A stretch of 61,183 nucleotides of DNA, counting the filler, from Candidatus Woesearchaeota archaeon (GTDB lineage Archaea; Nanobdellota; Nanobdellia; Woesearchaeales; DATGWN01): NCBI GenBank assembly GCA_047603125.1. It is 8 parts of 8 records of this genome, joined end to end, with 100 filler letters (N's around TTAATTAATTAA, not from the genome) between each part and the next. Parts side by side here need not be neighbours in the genome. Positions count along the whole stretch, not along the records: positions 33,215 to 40,687 come from JBLKOU010000051.1; positions 40,788 to 47,814 come from JBLKOU010000052.1; positions 47,915 to 54,499 come from JBLKOU010000053.1; 5 more parts are not named here. One strand, 5' to 3'. Below the pieces are notes generated by a model, which searched no databases, was not told the origin of the DNA, and worked only from the letters and a program-made list of their open reading frames with translations. The first letter of the stretch is position 1, and each line of letters begins with the position of its first letter. The position numbers and the translations under genes are program-made. Positions 38,521 through 48,215 of the stretch are shown here, piece by piece.

Positions 38521-38877
38521 TTTCTTTCACTGATGTAGTAAGCGCGGGTCGTAGAAACCTTAAGAAAAAACATCATTTGAACGTACAACAAAAAGTACGT
38601 CACTGATAGTAACGCCGTAGCCCGCAGTTTACGTCAGTGACATACTTTCACAGAAATTATTGCCAAGCTTTTTAAAAGTAAACTTTTTTAAATATTCGCT
38701 TCAATGACGAAGTATGACTTGAAATGGTTTTTTACGAAGCAAAAAAATCCCGAAGAGTAAAATTCACATTCCTAATAAATTCGATAGTAAGGAATGGGTG
38801 TGTTCGTAACACTGGGAGTTCCGTTCATTGAAAGCGAACGGAGTGAACCATCAAGAATAAGAAGTAAGGGTGAAAAA

Positions 38878-39642
38878 ATGAGTGTTGACGATTTGACAAG
38901 AAATAAGTTCATAAAATCTGTAGAAGAAAAAATTCGAACACAAGATGTTCAATTTAGTATTCTAAAATTAATCTATCTTATTGATTTAGGATTCAATAAA
39001 GGAAAAACTCATAATGCCTTATTTGCTTTTTTTGACACCTATTTTCCAACCATCCTTTTCGAATCTCAAAACATTGATAAATTAAAAAAAATTATGATTG
39101 AGACTAAAGGAGAATATGACTTCCTAATAAAAAAAACGTCATACTCTTTGGATTTAGGAATAAAAAAAAAGTATTATTATAATGAAATAAGTTCGCTTGT
39201 TCTATTAATGCTCGAAAATAAAAAAAATAAAAAAATATTAGCTGAAATAAATACAATGGAAAAAGAATTATTACATATTATTGCCCCTAACTTAAATATT
39301 CTTTTACCTAACGAAGTTTTAATTAAACTATTGATCCATACAACTGGTCTAAAAAGACTATCGCAACTTACGGGTTCGAAAATACAAGTGTTAGGTGCTG
39401 AAAAAGCACTACATAAACACAAAAAAGGTAAATCCACATCCCCAAAATACGGTTATATATATGAAGTTAACTTTATTAAAAAGACCAAATCTGGAAAATT
39501 AGCAAGATATTTTGCAAACAAATTGTCAATTGCTGCTAAAATCGACTACTTTTATAAAAACATTAATAAAGATTTTATAGATACTATTTATTCAAGCCCA
39601 ATGATGAGTGATTCGACATCGCCTGAGGGCAATTTATATTAA
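38878..39642 (+). CDS. nop5: Nop5 (Nop56/58) C/D RNP scaffold, short and divergent
   Basis: IAPNL, SKIQVLGAEKAL, SPKYGYIY, GKLAR..ANKLSIAAKIDYF. Confidence 0.88.
   Translation: MSVDDLTRNKFIKSVEEKIRTQDVQFSILKLIYLIDLGFNKGKTHNALFAFFDTYFPTILFESQNIDKLKKIMIETKGEYDFLIKKTSYSLDLGIKKKYYYNEISSLVLLMLENKKNKKILAEINTMEKELLHIIAPNLNILLPNEVLIKLLIHTTGLKRLSQLTGSKIQVLGAEKALHKHKKGKSTSPKYGYIYEVNFIKKTKSGKLARYFANKLSIAAKIDYFYKNINKDFIDTIYSSPMMSDSTSPEGNLY
39596..39630 (+). ncRNA. Minimal box C/D kink-turn RNA motif
   Basis: GCCC-A-ATGATGA(box C)-GTGATTCGACATCGC-CTGA(box D)-GGGC; terminal stem GCCC/GGGC; GC-rich patch in AT-rich DNA. Confidence 0.75.
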
Positions 39643-39643
39643 A

Positions 39644-40303
39644 ATGGAAAAAATATCTGAAGGAATTTATAGAAAAGATGGAAAGATATATACTATCAAT
39701 AACACAGACAAATATAAATATTATGATGAGAACGTATTAATTCATCTAAATAATCGTTATCGTCAATGGAACCCATACAAAAGCAAAGTTGGTGCTTCAA
39801 TAAAAAAAAAATTGAAAGAAATCCCTATTTCAAGAGAGAGTGTAATTTTATATCTTGGTTCATCCAGTGGGACAACAGTTAGCCATATAAGTGATATATT
39901 AACAAACGGAAAAATATTTGCAGTTGATTCTTCAAAAGAGATGATGAAAAAATTCATGAAGTTAGTTCATAACAGAAAAAATATCTTTCCCATATTAGAA
40001 AGTGCAAGAAATTATAAAAAATACAATATTCCCTCAGACACCTGCATTGACTTAATTGTCCAGGATGTTGCTTGTGTTGATCAAGTTAATATTTTAATTA
40101 ATAATTCTGACTATTATTTAAAATCAAACGGAAAGGTTTTAATCGCAATTAAAACACAAAGTATTGATTCCATAAAAAAACCAGGCATTGTTGTAGAAGA
40201 ACAAAAAGAAATATTAAAAGGCAAATTTAAAATATTACAAACATTAAATCTGGAACCATTCGAAAAAAACCACTGGCTATTATTCATGGAAAAAAAAGAA
40301 TGA
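39644..40303 (+). CDS. flpA: Fibrillarin rRNA/tRNA 2'-O-methyltransferase
   Basis: YRQWNPYKSK, ILYLGSSSGTTVSHISDI, NIFPILESAR, QDVA, LEPFEKNH. Confidence 0.95.
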   Translation: MEKISEGIYRKDGKIYTINNTDKYKYYDENVLIHLNNRYRQWNPYKSKVGASIKKKLKEIPISRESVILYLGSSSGTTVSHISDILTNGKIFAVDSSKEMMKKFMKLVHNRKNIFPILESARNYKKYNIPSDTCIDLIVQDVACVDQVNILINNSDYYLKSNGKVLIAIKTQSIDSIKKPGIVVEEQKEILKGKFKILQTLNLEPFEKNHWLLFMEKKE

Positions 40304-40396
40304 TGTAAGGGCAATTTCCCTCATTTTTTAGTCTAATCAAAAACTTTCCAAAAACAAAGAAGAACATTTATAAATAACCTCGCATTGAAACTATTT

Positions 40397-40684
40397 GTGA
40401 GTGATAAATACGTCGGCGTCGGTGGAGAACTTCATGATAGCAATGTAGCTGTTCTAGATGAATCAGGAAATATAGTTTTAGCAATAAATGAAGAACGGTT
40501 AACAAGGACAAAAAAAGAAGGAAGATTTCCATTTTGTGGAATTAAAGCTACAAAATATCATGACGCAAAAGTTGTGATTGGTGCAAATTCAATAGATGAA
40601 GCAGTTTCTCAAGTGATTTTAAACATTCAGAAGTTGGCTACTCCCCTACATGAATGTAGGGGCATCTACGCCAACTTAAATTAA
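40397..40684 (+). pseudogene. Carbamoyltransferase (CmcH/NodU family) N-terminal fragment
   Basis: HDSNVAVL...AINEERLTRTKK..FP; runs into a palindromic element near the contig end. Confidence 0.7.
40631..40677. repeat. IS200/IS605-end or REP-like palindrome
   Basis: AAGTTGGC..CCCCTACA-TGAA-TGTAGGGG..GCCAACTT. Confidence 0.55.
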
Positions 40685-40787
40685 CTTNNNNNNNNNNNNN
40701 NNNNNNNNNNNNNNNNNNNNNNNNNNNNNNNTTAATTAATTAANNNNNNNNNNNNNNNNNNNNNNNNNNNNNNNNNNNNNNNNNNNN

Positions 40788-42929
40788 ATGGTCGGCTTCG
40801 GTTCGAATTATTCCTTGCTTGTTAATGATACGGCGGTAACGGCACGACAGCTTCTTTGTATCGGCGATGATTGTCGGGATGAATGGCCAATAGACGTAAC
40901 AGATACGGGCGCAGTCTTTGGTGATGGTACTGCTGATTTTATTCCTTTATGGATTGAAGAGTCTATTCTTGGAGACTCCATCATGTATCAAGGAAGTGGG
41001 ATTATCGGTGTTATCGGAGATTTGGAATTTACAGGAACATTACAAAACGGTTCGGTTCCTTGGGCTCGTTTGATTGATCATCCATCCATTATTGCTGGAA
41101 CTGGGTTGACTGGTGGTGGTGATTTGAGCGAAAGCCGCACTTTAGATTTAACTGATACTGGTGTTCTTTCTGGTTCGTATGGTGGCGAAATTGTTATTCC
41201 TGTGTTTACTGTTGATGCACAAGGTCGCTTGACTTTTGTAACAAATCAAACGATTCGACCTGCAACATTAACACAGACAGGTATTGTGCAACTAGAAAAT
41301 GCAACGGATTCTGATTCAGTAACAACTGCCGCAACACCCGCGTCTGTTCGTGCGGCATATGATCTTGCTGCAAGCAAAACGTCTCCAGGAACATGTTCGT
41401 CAGGGTTTGCCGTTCAAAATACAACGACGGGTGGGGTTGAGTGTGTTGCGATACCACCTGCGGTTGATTTAGATGACTATTACAATAAAACAGAAGTTGA
41501 TGACACGTTTGTTCCCTACGTTGGTGCAACACAAGATGTGAACTTAGGTGAGCAGAGTTTGTTTGTTAATGGCAGTGTGGGGATCGGTACAATTACTCCG
41601 TCTTATCCTCTTCATATACTTGGCAATTTTGGTTTTTCTGGCACATTGCAAGAAGGAATTATACCTTGGATCCGATTAACGGATTATCCTACAATTACTG
41701 CTGGTGTGGGTTTGACTGGTGGCGGTGATTTAAGTGAGAATCGCACTTTTGATTTAACTGATACGGATGTGAGCGCAGGATCCTATGGTGGTGATATTGT
41801 CATCCCTACGTTTGTGGTTGATGCGCAAGGTCGCTTGACTTTTGTAACAAATCAGACGATTCGTCAATCAACTTTATCAGAGACTGGGATAGTACAACTA
41901 GAAAATGCAACGGATTCTGATTCAGTAACAACTGCCGCAACACCCGCGTCTGTTCGTGCGGCATATGATCTTGCTGCAAGCAAAACGTCTCCAGGAACAT
42001 GTTCGTCAGGGTTTGCCGTTCAAAATACAACGACGGGTGGGGTTGAGTGTGTTGCGATACCACCTGCGGTTGATTTAGATGACTATTACAATAAAACAGA
42101 AGTTGATGACACGTTTGTTCCCTACGTTGGTGCAACACAAGATGTGAACTTAGGTGAGCAGAGTTTGTTTGTTAATGGCAGTGTTGGGATTGGGACTGAT
42201 ACGCCCGAGGCAACTTTGACAATTCGAGATGGAACAATTTTAGCGGTAGGTACGACTGGTTCAACTCCGGTTTCAGGTTCTGGAACACGCATGATGTGGA
42301 TTCCTGAAAAAGCTGCTTTTCGTGCGGGAGAAGTTATTGGCTCAAAATGGGATAGTTCAAATATTGGAAATAGAAGTTTTGCTGTAGGATATAATACTGA
42401 GGCAACAGGTCAACGAAGCTTTGCATCTGGTGATGGAACAGTTGCTGGCGGAGCTACAAGTACAGCGATGGGTTCAGGAACACAGGCAACAGGATTTATT
42501 TCAACAGCCTTGGGTTTTAATACTCAGGCAAGTGGTTATATGAGTGCGGCATTAGGAATTTCAGCATTTGCAAGCGGGTCTGAGTCCATGGCGTTTGGAA
42601 AATGGGTGAGTGCAACTCAAAGTAATTCAATAGTTGTAGGACAAGGTGAATCTTTTGCTGATCGATTAGTAAATAATATTCCTAGTTCTCTCATGGTCGG
42701 ATTTAATTCACAAACACCATCACTTATAGTCAATCAAACATCGGTGATTGCAGTTAATGAATTGTGTATTGGTGAAGATTGTCGAGATGCATGGCCAGAA
42801 GATGGCGGTATTGTGTTCGATGAAGATGATTGTATTGAATTTCCAAATGGTGGTAAAGTTTGTGGTTCAGGAACATGTACGCGAATGTACAGTCCAAATG
42901 GAAACACGGTGATGGAGGCATGTGATTAA
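40788..42929 (+). CDS. Fibre/adhesin-like surface protein with phage tail-fibre repeats and YadA-head-like repeats (5'-partial)
   Basis: 2x TGIVQLENATDSDSVTTAATPASVRAAYDLA; S.A.G..T.A.G repeats; 606-bp internal duplication. Confidence 0.8.
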   Translation: MVGFGSNYSLLVNDTAVTARQLLCIGDDCRDEWPIDVTDTGAVFGDGTADFIPLWIEESILGDSIMYQGSGIIGVIGDLEFTGTLQNGSVPWARLIDHPSIIAGTGLTGGGDLSESRTLDLTDTGVLSGSYGGEIVIPVFTVDAQGRLTFVTNQTIRPATLTQTGIVQLENATDSDSVTTAATPASVRAAYDLAASKTSPGTCSSGFAVQNTTTGGVECVAIPPAVDLDDYYNKTEVDDTFVPYVGATQDVNLGEQSLFVNGSVGIGTITPSYPLHILGNFGFSGTLQEGIIPWIRLTDYPTITAGVGLTGGGDLSENRTFDLTDTDVSAGSYGGDIVIPTFVVDAQGRLTFVTNQTIRQSTLSETGIVQLENATDSDSVTTAATPASVRAAYDLAASKTSPGTCSSGFAVQNTTTGGVECVAIPPAVDLDDYYNKTEVDDTFVPYVGATQDVNLGEQSLFVNGSVGIGTDTPEATLTIRDGTILAVGTTGSTPVSGSGTRMMWIPEKAAFRAGEVIGSKWDSSNIGNRSFAVGYNTEATGQRSFASGDGTVAGGATSTAMGSGTQATGFISTALGFNTQASGYMSAALGISAFASGSESMAFGKWVSATQSNSIVVGQGESFADRLVNNIPSSLMVGFNSQTPSLIVNQTSVIAVNELCIGEDCRDAWPEDGGIVFDEDDCIEFPNGGKVCGSGTCTRMYSPNGNTVMEACD
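41085..42185 (+). repeat. 606-bp internal tandem duplication
   Basis: About 41289-41577 is essentially identical to 41895-42183; upstream part is diverged. Confidence 0.9.
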
Positions 42930-45492
42930 AATGCGCGTTGCATTGATAGTTTTTGCTGTTCTTGTGAGCACTACTCTTGCATTTGCAACAACTATTGATG
43001 TGACTGATTGTATGACTTTGGACACTGCTGGTGCAACATATGTTTTGCAAAATAATCTACTTTCTACAGAAACGTGCATTGATATAACTGCAAATAATAT
43101 TACTCTCGATGGGAATGGGTATGAATTGAGGTATGGGAATCAAGATAGTGCAACATATTTTCATGGTATTCGCTCAGATGGTTTTAGCAATCTACATATC
43201 ACAAATTTTTCTCACATTGCTGTTGGTCCTTCAAGCGTTGGAAATAATCGCAGAGGTATTTCAATTTTAGAGGGGGGAGTGAATGTGACTGTGTCCGACG
43301 TTATTTTCGGTCAGCAGCGAAATAGCATTAATTTTAACGCTAATTATTCGTATTTACATGACATAACTTTTTTACATTCGAGTTTTGTAGGGATTGCTTT
43401 TAATGGAAAAAACAATACGGTGAATAATTTATATTCTAGTAATTCTCCTATTCAAGCAATAATAGGGACATTTCATAATAGCACTATAACTAATGTAAAT
43501 TTCACGGGTGGGGGGAATAATTATAGAAGAATTTGGCTGATAAGTTCCTCAAATAATTATTTTGAAAATATTACTATAGACGCTTCGCAAACTGCGGTTA
43601 ATGGGATTGCACTAGCAACAAATGCCCAGAATAATTATTTTAAAAATGTGGTTATTTCTCGAGTAGGTTTTAGTTGTGTAGATATAGGTGGAACTTCAAG
43701 CAGTCGTAATAATGTTTTTGATAATCTTTATTGTGATCGGACATCCTGGTGGGGTTCTGTGACGGATGTCTTGCGAATTAGGGATCGCAGTCATTTAAAC
43801 GAGATACGAAATTTTAAAATAAATTTTTCTAATGTTAATAAAGTGGCAATAAGTCTCGATCGCTTAAGTGATACGTTGTCGGGTAATACCTTTGTAAATG
43901 GAACAATTGTTGGAGATATGCGTGCGAGTATTGAGCTGAAAGGCTCTGCCGGCTCTTCGCGTTTGGATCACTATTTCATTAATGTAACTTATGATGACGC
44001 TCCAACGTTCACTTCGGATGATTTACATAATCTTCATAGACAATGGTATGTACAAACAAATACCAGCCTTCGCAGAACACAAACACCACTTGATGATGTA
44101 ACTGTTGTGGGCACAGATGTACACGGTATTAATAGAGGTTCAGGAGTAACAACCTCGGCAACGACAACATTTCCTGTGACTGAATATATACAATCTGATA
44201 CGGATGTTTTTAATCAAAGTAATAACTACACATTTTTTGGTCATCGTTCATATTACTCAGAACCACGCCGATTCTATTCTGCAAAACAAGAAAATATACT
44301 CGTGAATCAAAATTTAGTAGGGGAAAACACAATTCAATTAGAATTAGACTCCTGTAATGTCGGAAATATGTTTTTGCACAGATATGAATGTGAAGATATG
44401 TGCCATATTACAACGCCTGCAAATTTTTATGGTCATAGTGTGCAAGCGACGGGCTCAGGACAAGTAAACACATCTGCAAACATTCGCTGGTGGAATAGTT
44501 TGAGTGTTGAAAATACTTGTCAGTTTCAAGCAATGGATGGTGCAGTTATTAGTTCAAATGTTTCACAAGAACAATTTTATGAGAATGATTTAGAAAAATA
44601 CCAATTTTTTCAATGGGTGATTGATCGCAGGAAGGGAACAACACACTCAACAATACGTTCTATGCAATTTGAGCTCATGACAACGCAGAATTCCCTAGAA
44701 TGGTCAAGTGAAGCAACATCCAGTAATCCGGGCGGTAGTCATGCAAATGTTGCCAATTTAATTGATAATGATTTAGATACGGTATGGATTGATGACAATT
44801 TTGGTGGAGGAACTTTAGGTGAATCAATAGTCACAATCAATGCAGGAGAACCTGTTGCTTTTGATTGGTATAGATTTAGAACGAGTAATACAGACCGTGC
44901 ACACATTCCTACGGGTTGGAGATTATATGCTTCTAAAAATGGATATGATTGGGAATTAATACATAACATTCCTTATGCTGTCACACCAGATCGTCTTGAA
45001 ACGTGGACGCAACCATTTGCACCTAGAAATATTTCAACAAACGAACATCGTTTTTTACGTTGGAATATAACGGAAAGAAAAAGTACTGGTGGCGGTGGCG
45101 TACAAGCAACAGAATTTCAATTAACAAATGATGGTTCAGGCATATCATGGAATCAACATGCGATGGCAATGAATCCTGATGGGGCGTTTGCTTCGTGGGA
45201 ATCATGGGCAAATATTGTTGACAATGTTTTAACAAATAAAGGGATTGATACAAGTTTTGGCTCGGGCACAACAGGTTTGTCTTCTATCACCATAGATACT
45301 GGATTTTTTGAATCACTCGAATTTGATGGATATCGATATATGACTGGAAATGACGCTACACACAGAGATCCTGTAAGCTGGCGATTATACTCATCCCCAG
45401 ATGGAGAAACGTGGACACTACTTGATGAAGTCAATGGCGCAACTATTACAAATAGTAGACAAACTTGGACGCAGGTATTTGATATAGATTAG
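42922..45492 (+). CDS. Secreted beta-helix (pectin-lyase-like) protein with two discoidin/F5/8C-like domains
   Basis: CIDITANNITLDGNG; N-rich parallel beta repeats; two NLIDN...YR..T...P..WRLY.S..G..W domains. Confidence 0.8.
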   Translation: MIKMRVALIVFAVLVSTTLAFATTIDVTDCMTLDTAGATYVLQNNLLSTETCIDITANNITLDGNGYELRYGNQDSATYFHGIRSDGFSNLHITNFSHIAVGPSSVGNNRRGISILEGGVNVTVSDVIFGQQRNSINFNANYSYLHDITFLHSSFVGIAFNGKNNTVNNLYSSNSPIQAIIGTFHNSTITNVNFTGGGNNYRRIWLISSSNNYFENITIDASQTAVNGIALATNAQNNYFKNVVISRVGFSCVDIGGTSSSRNNVFDNLYCDRTSWWGSVTDVLRIRDRSHLNEIRNFKINFSNVNKVAISLDRLSDTLSGNTFVNGTIVGDMRASIELKGSAGSSRLDHYFINVTYDDAPTFTSDDLHNLHRQWYVQTNTSLRRTQTPLDDVTVVGTDVHGINRGSGVTTSATTTFPVTEYIQSDTDVFNQSNNYTFFGHRSYYSEPRRFYSAKQENILVNQNLVGENTIQLELDSCNVGNMFLHRYECEDMCHITTPANFYGHSVQATGSGQVNTSANIRWWNSLSVENTCQFQAMDGAVISSNVSQEQFYENDLEKYQFFQWVIDRRKGTTHSTIRSMQFELMTTQNSLEWSSEATSSNPGGSHANVANLIDNDLDTVWIDDNFGGGTLGESIVTINAGEPVAFDWYRFRTSNTDRAHIPTGWRLYASKNGYDWELIHNIPYAVTPDRLETWTQPFAPRNISTNEHRFLRWNITERKSTGGGGVQATEFQLTNDGSGISWNQHAMAMNPDGAFASWESWANIVDNVLTNKGIDTSFGSGTTGLSSITIDTGFFESLEFDGYRYMTGNDATHRDPVSWRLYSSPDGETWTLLDEVNGATITNSRQTWTQVFDID

Positions 45493-45500
45493 GTAAAAAC

Positions 45501-45992
45501 ATGAAAAAAATACTATTGTTATTATTATTAACAGCAATCGTTGGCTGTGCGTCAACAGATACAAATGAACAATCGGTGCAACAAGACGTGGATCAACAAC
45601 CCAATGATTCAATCCCGTTAGATAATCAAGTTCGAGAAATGGAACAGAATCCGCCTACTATCCCTCTCCAAGATGATGTTTTGCAAATAGAGCGTACTGG
45701 AGAACAGTATCAAGTTAATTATAACATAACACTAGAAATCGTCATCATGCAATTTGATTTTCCTGTAATGATATCCAGCTACTCATTTCACATAGATGAT
45801 TTTGATCAACTACACATTGTCAACAATCAAGACATACCGTCAAGAATAACCATCCCGACTTTAAATGTGGATGTCTCAATGGCAGAAGATACACAAACAC
45901 TTATTCCTGTTACATATACACAAGGTGTACACGCAATTTATATAGATGGCGAATTTATTGATGAGTTTGAGGTGTTTTCAAATGGTCGATAA
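45501..45992 (+). CDS. Lipoprotein
   Basis: Lipobox IVGC. Confidence 0.65.
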   Translation: MKKILLLLLLTAIVGCASTDTNEQSVQQDVDQQPNDSIPLDNQVREMEQNPPTIPLQDDVLQIERTGEQYQVNYNITLEIVIMQFDFPVMISSYSFHIDDFDQLHIVNNQDIPSRITIPTLNVDVSMAEDTQTLIPVTYTQGVHAIYIDGEFIDEFEVFSNGR

Positions 45993-46275
45993 AACAAAAT
46001 ATCCTGCACATTTGTTTTTGAATTTAAATGCACATGCACGCACAATTGCGCAGTTTGATAAATATAGGCATCTCAAACACAAGATTGTTCCTTCCCAGCA
46101 ATTCTGGGTTAAAAATATCCAAGTACATAGGACGAATCTTAACCCATTACTCAAACAAGTGCATCAAAAAACAAAATTAACAAAACAAAGTCATTTTGAA
46201 AAAATTGACCTGCGATTTTCTCAAAATAATGAGAAATTGTTTGTTCTTTCAAAGCTCAAGCAATTGGGCAAATAA
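45982..46275 (+). CDS. Hypothetical protein
   Basis: Overlap-coupled ORF. Confidence 0.45.
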   Translation: MVDKTKYPAHLFLNLNAHARTIAQFDKYRHLKHKIVPSQQFWVKNIQVHRTNLNPLLKQVHQKTKLTKQSHFEKIDLRFSQNNEKLFVLSKLKQLGK

Positions 46276-46346
46276 TGTTTGTTGTTAGAAAAGTATAATA
46301 CTTTTTTCACCACAAAATATATAAATCTGAAAATCATCCTTCATGC

Positions 46347-47642
46347 ATGGCATTTGTTGGGAGAAAAAAGGAATTGGCGATTGTTCGAGAAGTTGTTGCT
46401 TCAGAGAAAGCAGAATTGCTTATTTTGTATGGAAGACGACGGCTTGGCAAGTCTACATTATTGAAAAAAGCTATCGAGAAAGAACCGTCTGCGATTTATT
46501 TTCAATTTTTTGAGGAATCGGCTGAGAAAAATCTTCACTTTTTTCAAGAGGTGTTACAAAGTCATTTTCAGAACCCTTTATTCGCGCAGGTGCGTGCATC
46601 GTCGTGGTCCTCATATTTTTCTCTTGTAAAAGATAGTATACCTGAGAATACATTATTTATTTTTGATGAATTTTCTTACTTAATTGAGCAAAGTCGAGCG
46701 ATTCCCTCTCATTTTCAAAAAATATATGACGAAGTATTAAAGCCAAAGAATTGTAAGCTGATTTTGTGTGGTAGTTCAACATCAATAATGACGGAGTTAC
46801 TTGAGTATAAATCTCCACTTTATGGGAGAAGAACACGAAGCCTTGAATTAAAAGAATTTTCATTAAAAGAGATTTCTCAATTTTTAGCGCATATTACACA
46901 AAAAAAAGAATTACTCTCTTATGCCGCTATTTTTGGAGGAATTCCGTATTATCTAGAGCAAATTAATCAAAAACAATCGTTTGAGCAGAATTTCAAGGAG
47001 TTATTTTTCGAACAAAAAAGTTTTTTTCATGACGAAATTAAGTTTTTGCTCAAAGAAGAAGTCAGAGAAATGCGAAATTATTTTGCAATATTGCAAGCGA
47101 TTGGTTTTGGAAAAGTACTTTTTTCTCAAATTCAACAAGACGCGCTTATAGAAAAAAGCTCATTATCAAAATATCTTTTTGTTCTTGAACAAATTGGTGT
47201 AATTAAACAACAGCGTTCCTTTTTTGATAAACAGCATGCAAAGAATAGACGGTATATCATTGAAGACTTTTTCATTCATTTTTGGTTTACTGTATTTGGC
47301 AGAGAAACAGGGAATTTACAAAATAAAAAAATACAAGAGAACATTATCAACCAAAGGCTTGCTCAATACCTTGGTTTGGCTTTTGAAAAAATTTGTCGAA
47401 ATGCTTTGGCATCCAAGTATGAAAAAATTGGGACGTTTTTTCGTGGCATAGAGATTGATATTCTCGCCAAAAATAATACGAAAATCGATGTTTTTGAATG
47501 CAAATTTAGCGAATCTATATCTCGAAAAGCTCTCTTAGAAAAAATGCATGAGAAAATAAAGCAGTTACCTCAAGGTTATACTTATACGCCCCATATTATT
47601 TGCTTGGAGAAAAAAGATTTGGATTTTTTGTTTTCTTTATAA
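46347..47642 (+). CDS. Archaeal AAA ATPase (ATPase_2 + DUF234 + PD-(D/E)XK)
   Basis: FVGRKKEL, GRRRLGKST, FDEF, SPLYGRRT, EIDI...ECK. Confidence 0.9.
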   Translation: MAFVGRKKELAIVREVVASEKAELLILYGRRRLGKSTLLKKAIEKEPSAIYFQFFEESAEKNLHFFQEVLQSHFQNPLFAQVRASSWSSYFSLVKDSIPENTLFIFDEFSYLIEQSRAIPSHFQKIYDEVLKPKNCKLILCGSSTSIMTELLEYKSPLYGRRTRSLELKEFSLKEISQFLAHITQKKELLSYAAIFGGIPYYLEQINQKQSFEQNFKELFFEQKSFFHDEIKFLLKEEVREMRNYFAILQAIGFGKVLFSQIQQDALIEKSSLSKYLFVLEQIGVIKQQRSFFDKQHAKNRRYIIEDFFIHFWFTVFGRETGNLQNKKIQENIINQRLAQYLGLAFEKICRNALASKYEKIGTFFRGIEIDILAKNNTKIDVFECKFSESISRKALLEKMHEKIKQLPQGYTYTPHIICLEKKDLDFLFSL

Positions 47643-47914
47643 TGTTTAGAAATTCAGAGTATATGCTAAGATAGTATTACCCTCATTGTTGATTATAAAA
47701 CACAAACATATTTAATCTACAAAAACATATAGGTATGTATGATTGTATGTTAAACCCCGCATTTTTTATTATAGTTTAAAAAACTATAATTGGTGATAAA
47801 AAATGACAGGGATANNNNNNNNNNNNNNNNNNNNNNNNNNNNNNNNNNNNNNNNNNNNTTAATTAATTAANNNNNNNNNNNNNNNNNNNNNNNNNNNNNN
47901 NNNNNNNNNNNNNN

Positions 47915-48166
47915 ATGAAAATAAATTGGGTTTGGTTGATCTGATTTGAAAATGACACATGTGATGACTTCGTCATATAATTCTTTTGCTGTGCAAAATT
48001 CGTGGACGCCTTTGTATATTCTTTTCTGATGCATTGAAAGCAATTGTTCCAAAGAGAATACAGGGGAAGTACTTCGTCCATTTTTCATATGTTTATGGGC
48101 TTCTCGATGGCTGTGGACATATTCTCCCAAAGGTTGCGAGAGGTATGCGAGGTGTTCTTGATTCAT
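47915..48166 (-). CDS. Hypothetical protein, 3'-truncated
   Basis: Open to contig edge; TATA-like box upstream. Confidence 0.4.
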
Positions 48167-48215
48167 GCTTATCGGGGTTCTCGCACCCTTTATATAATTT
48201 ACTACTCGATAATGG

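Noticed and set aside
38704..38755. Second full C/D sRNA (ATGACGA...CCGA)
   Set aside because: Boxes are degenerate, with no convincing C'/D' or target; kept only as part of the structured-region finding.
38878..39642. Nop domain as IS110 recombinase or TIGR-Tas effector
   Set aside because: It has canonical Nop5 motifs (QVLGAEKAL, PKYG), is coupled to fibrillarin, and shows no RuvC/HNH motifs.
40788..45492. Prophage or diversity-generating retroelement
   Set aside because: No capsid, terminase, integrase or reverse transcriptase; the 606-bp duplication shows no adenine-specific variation.
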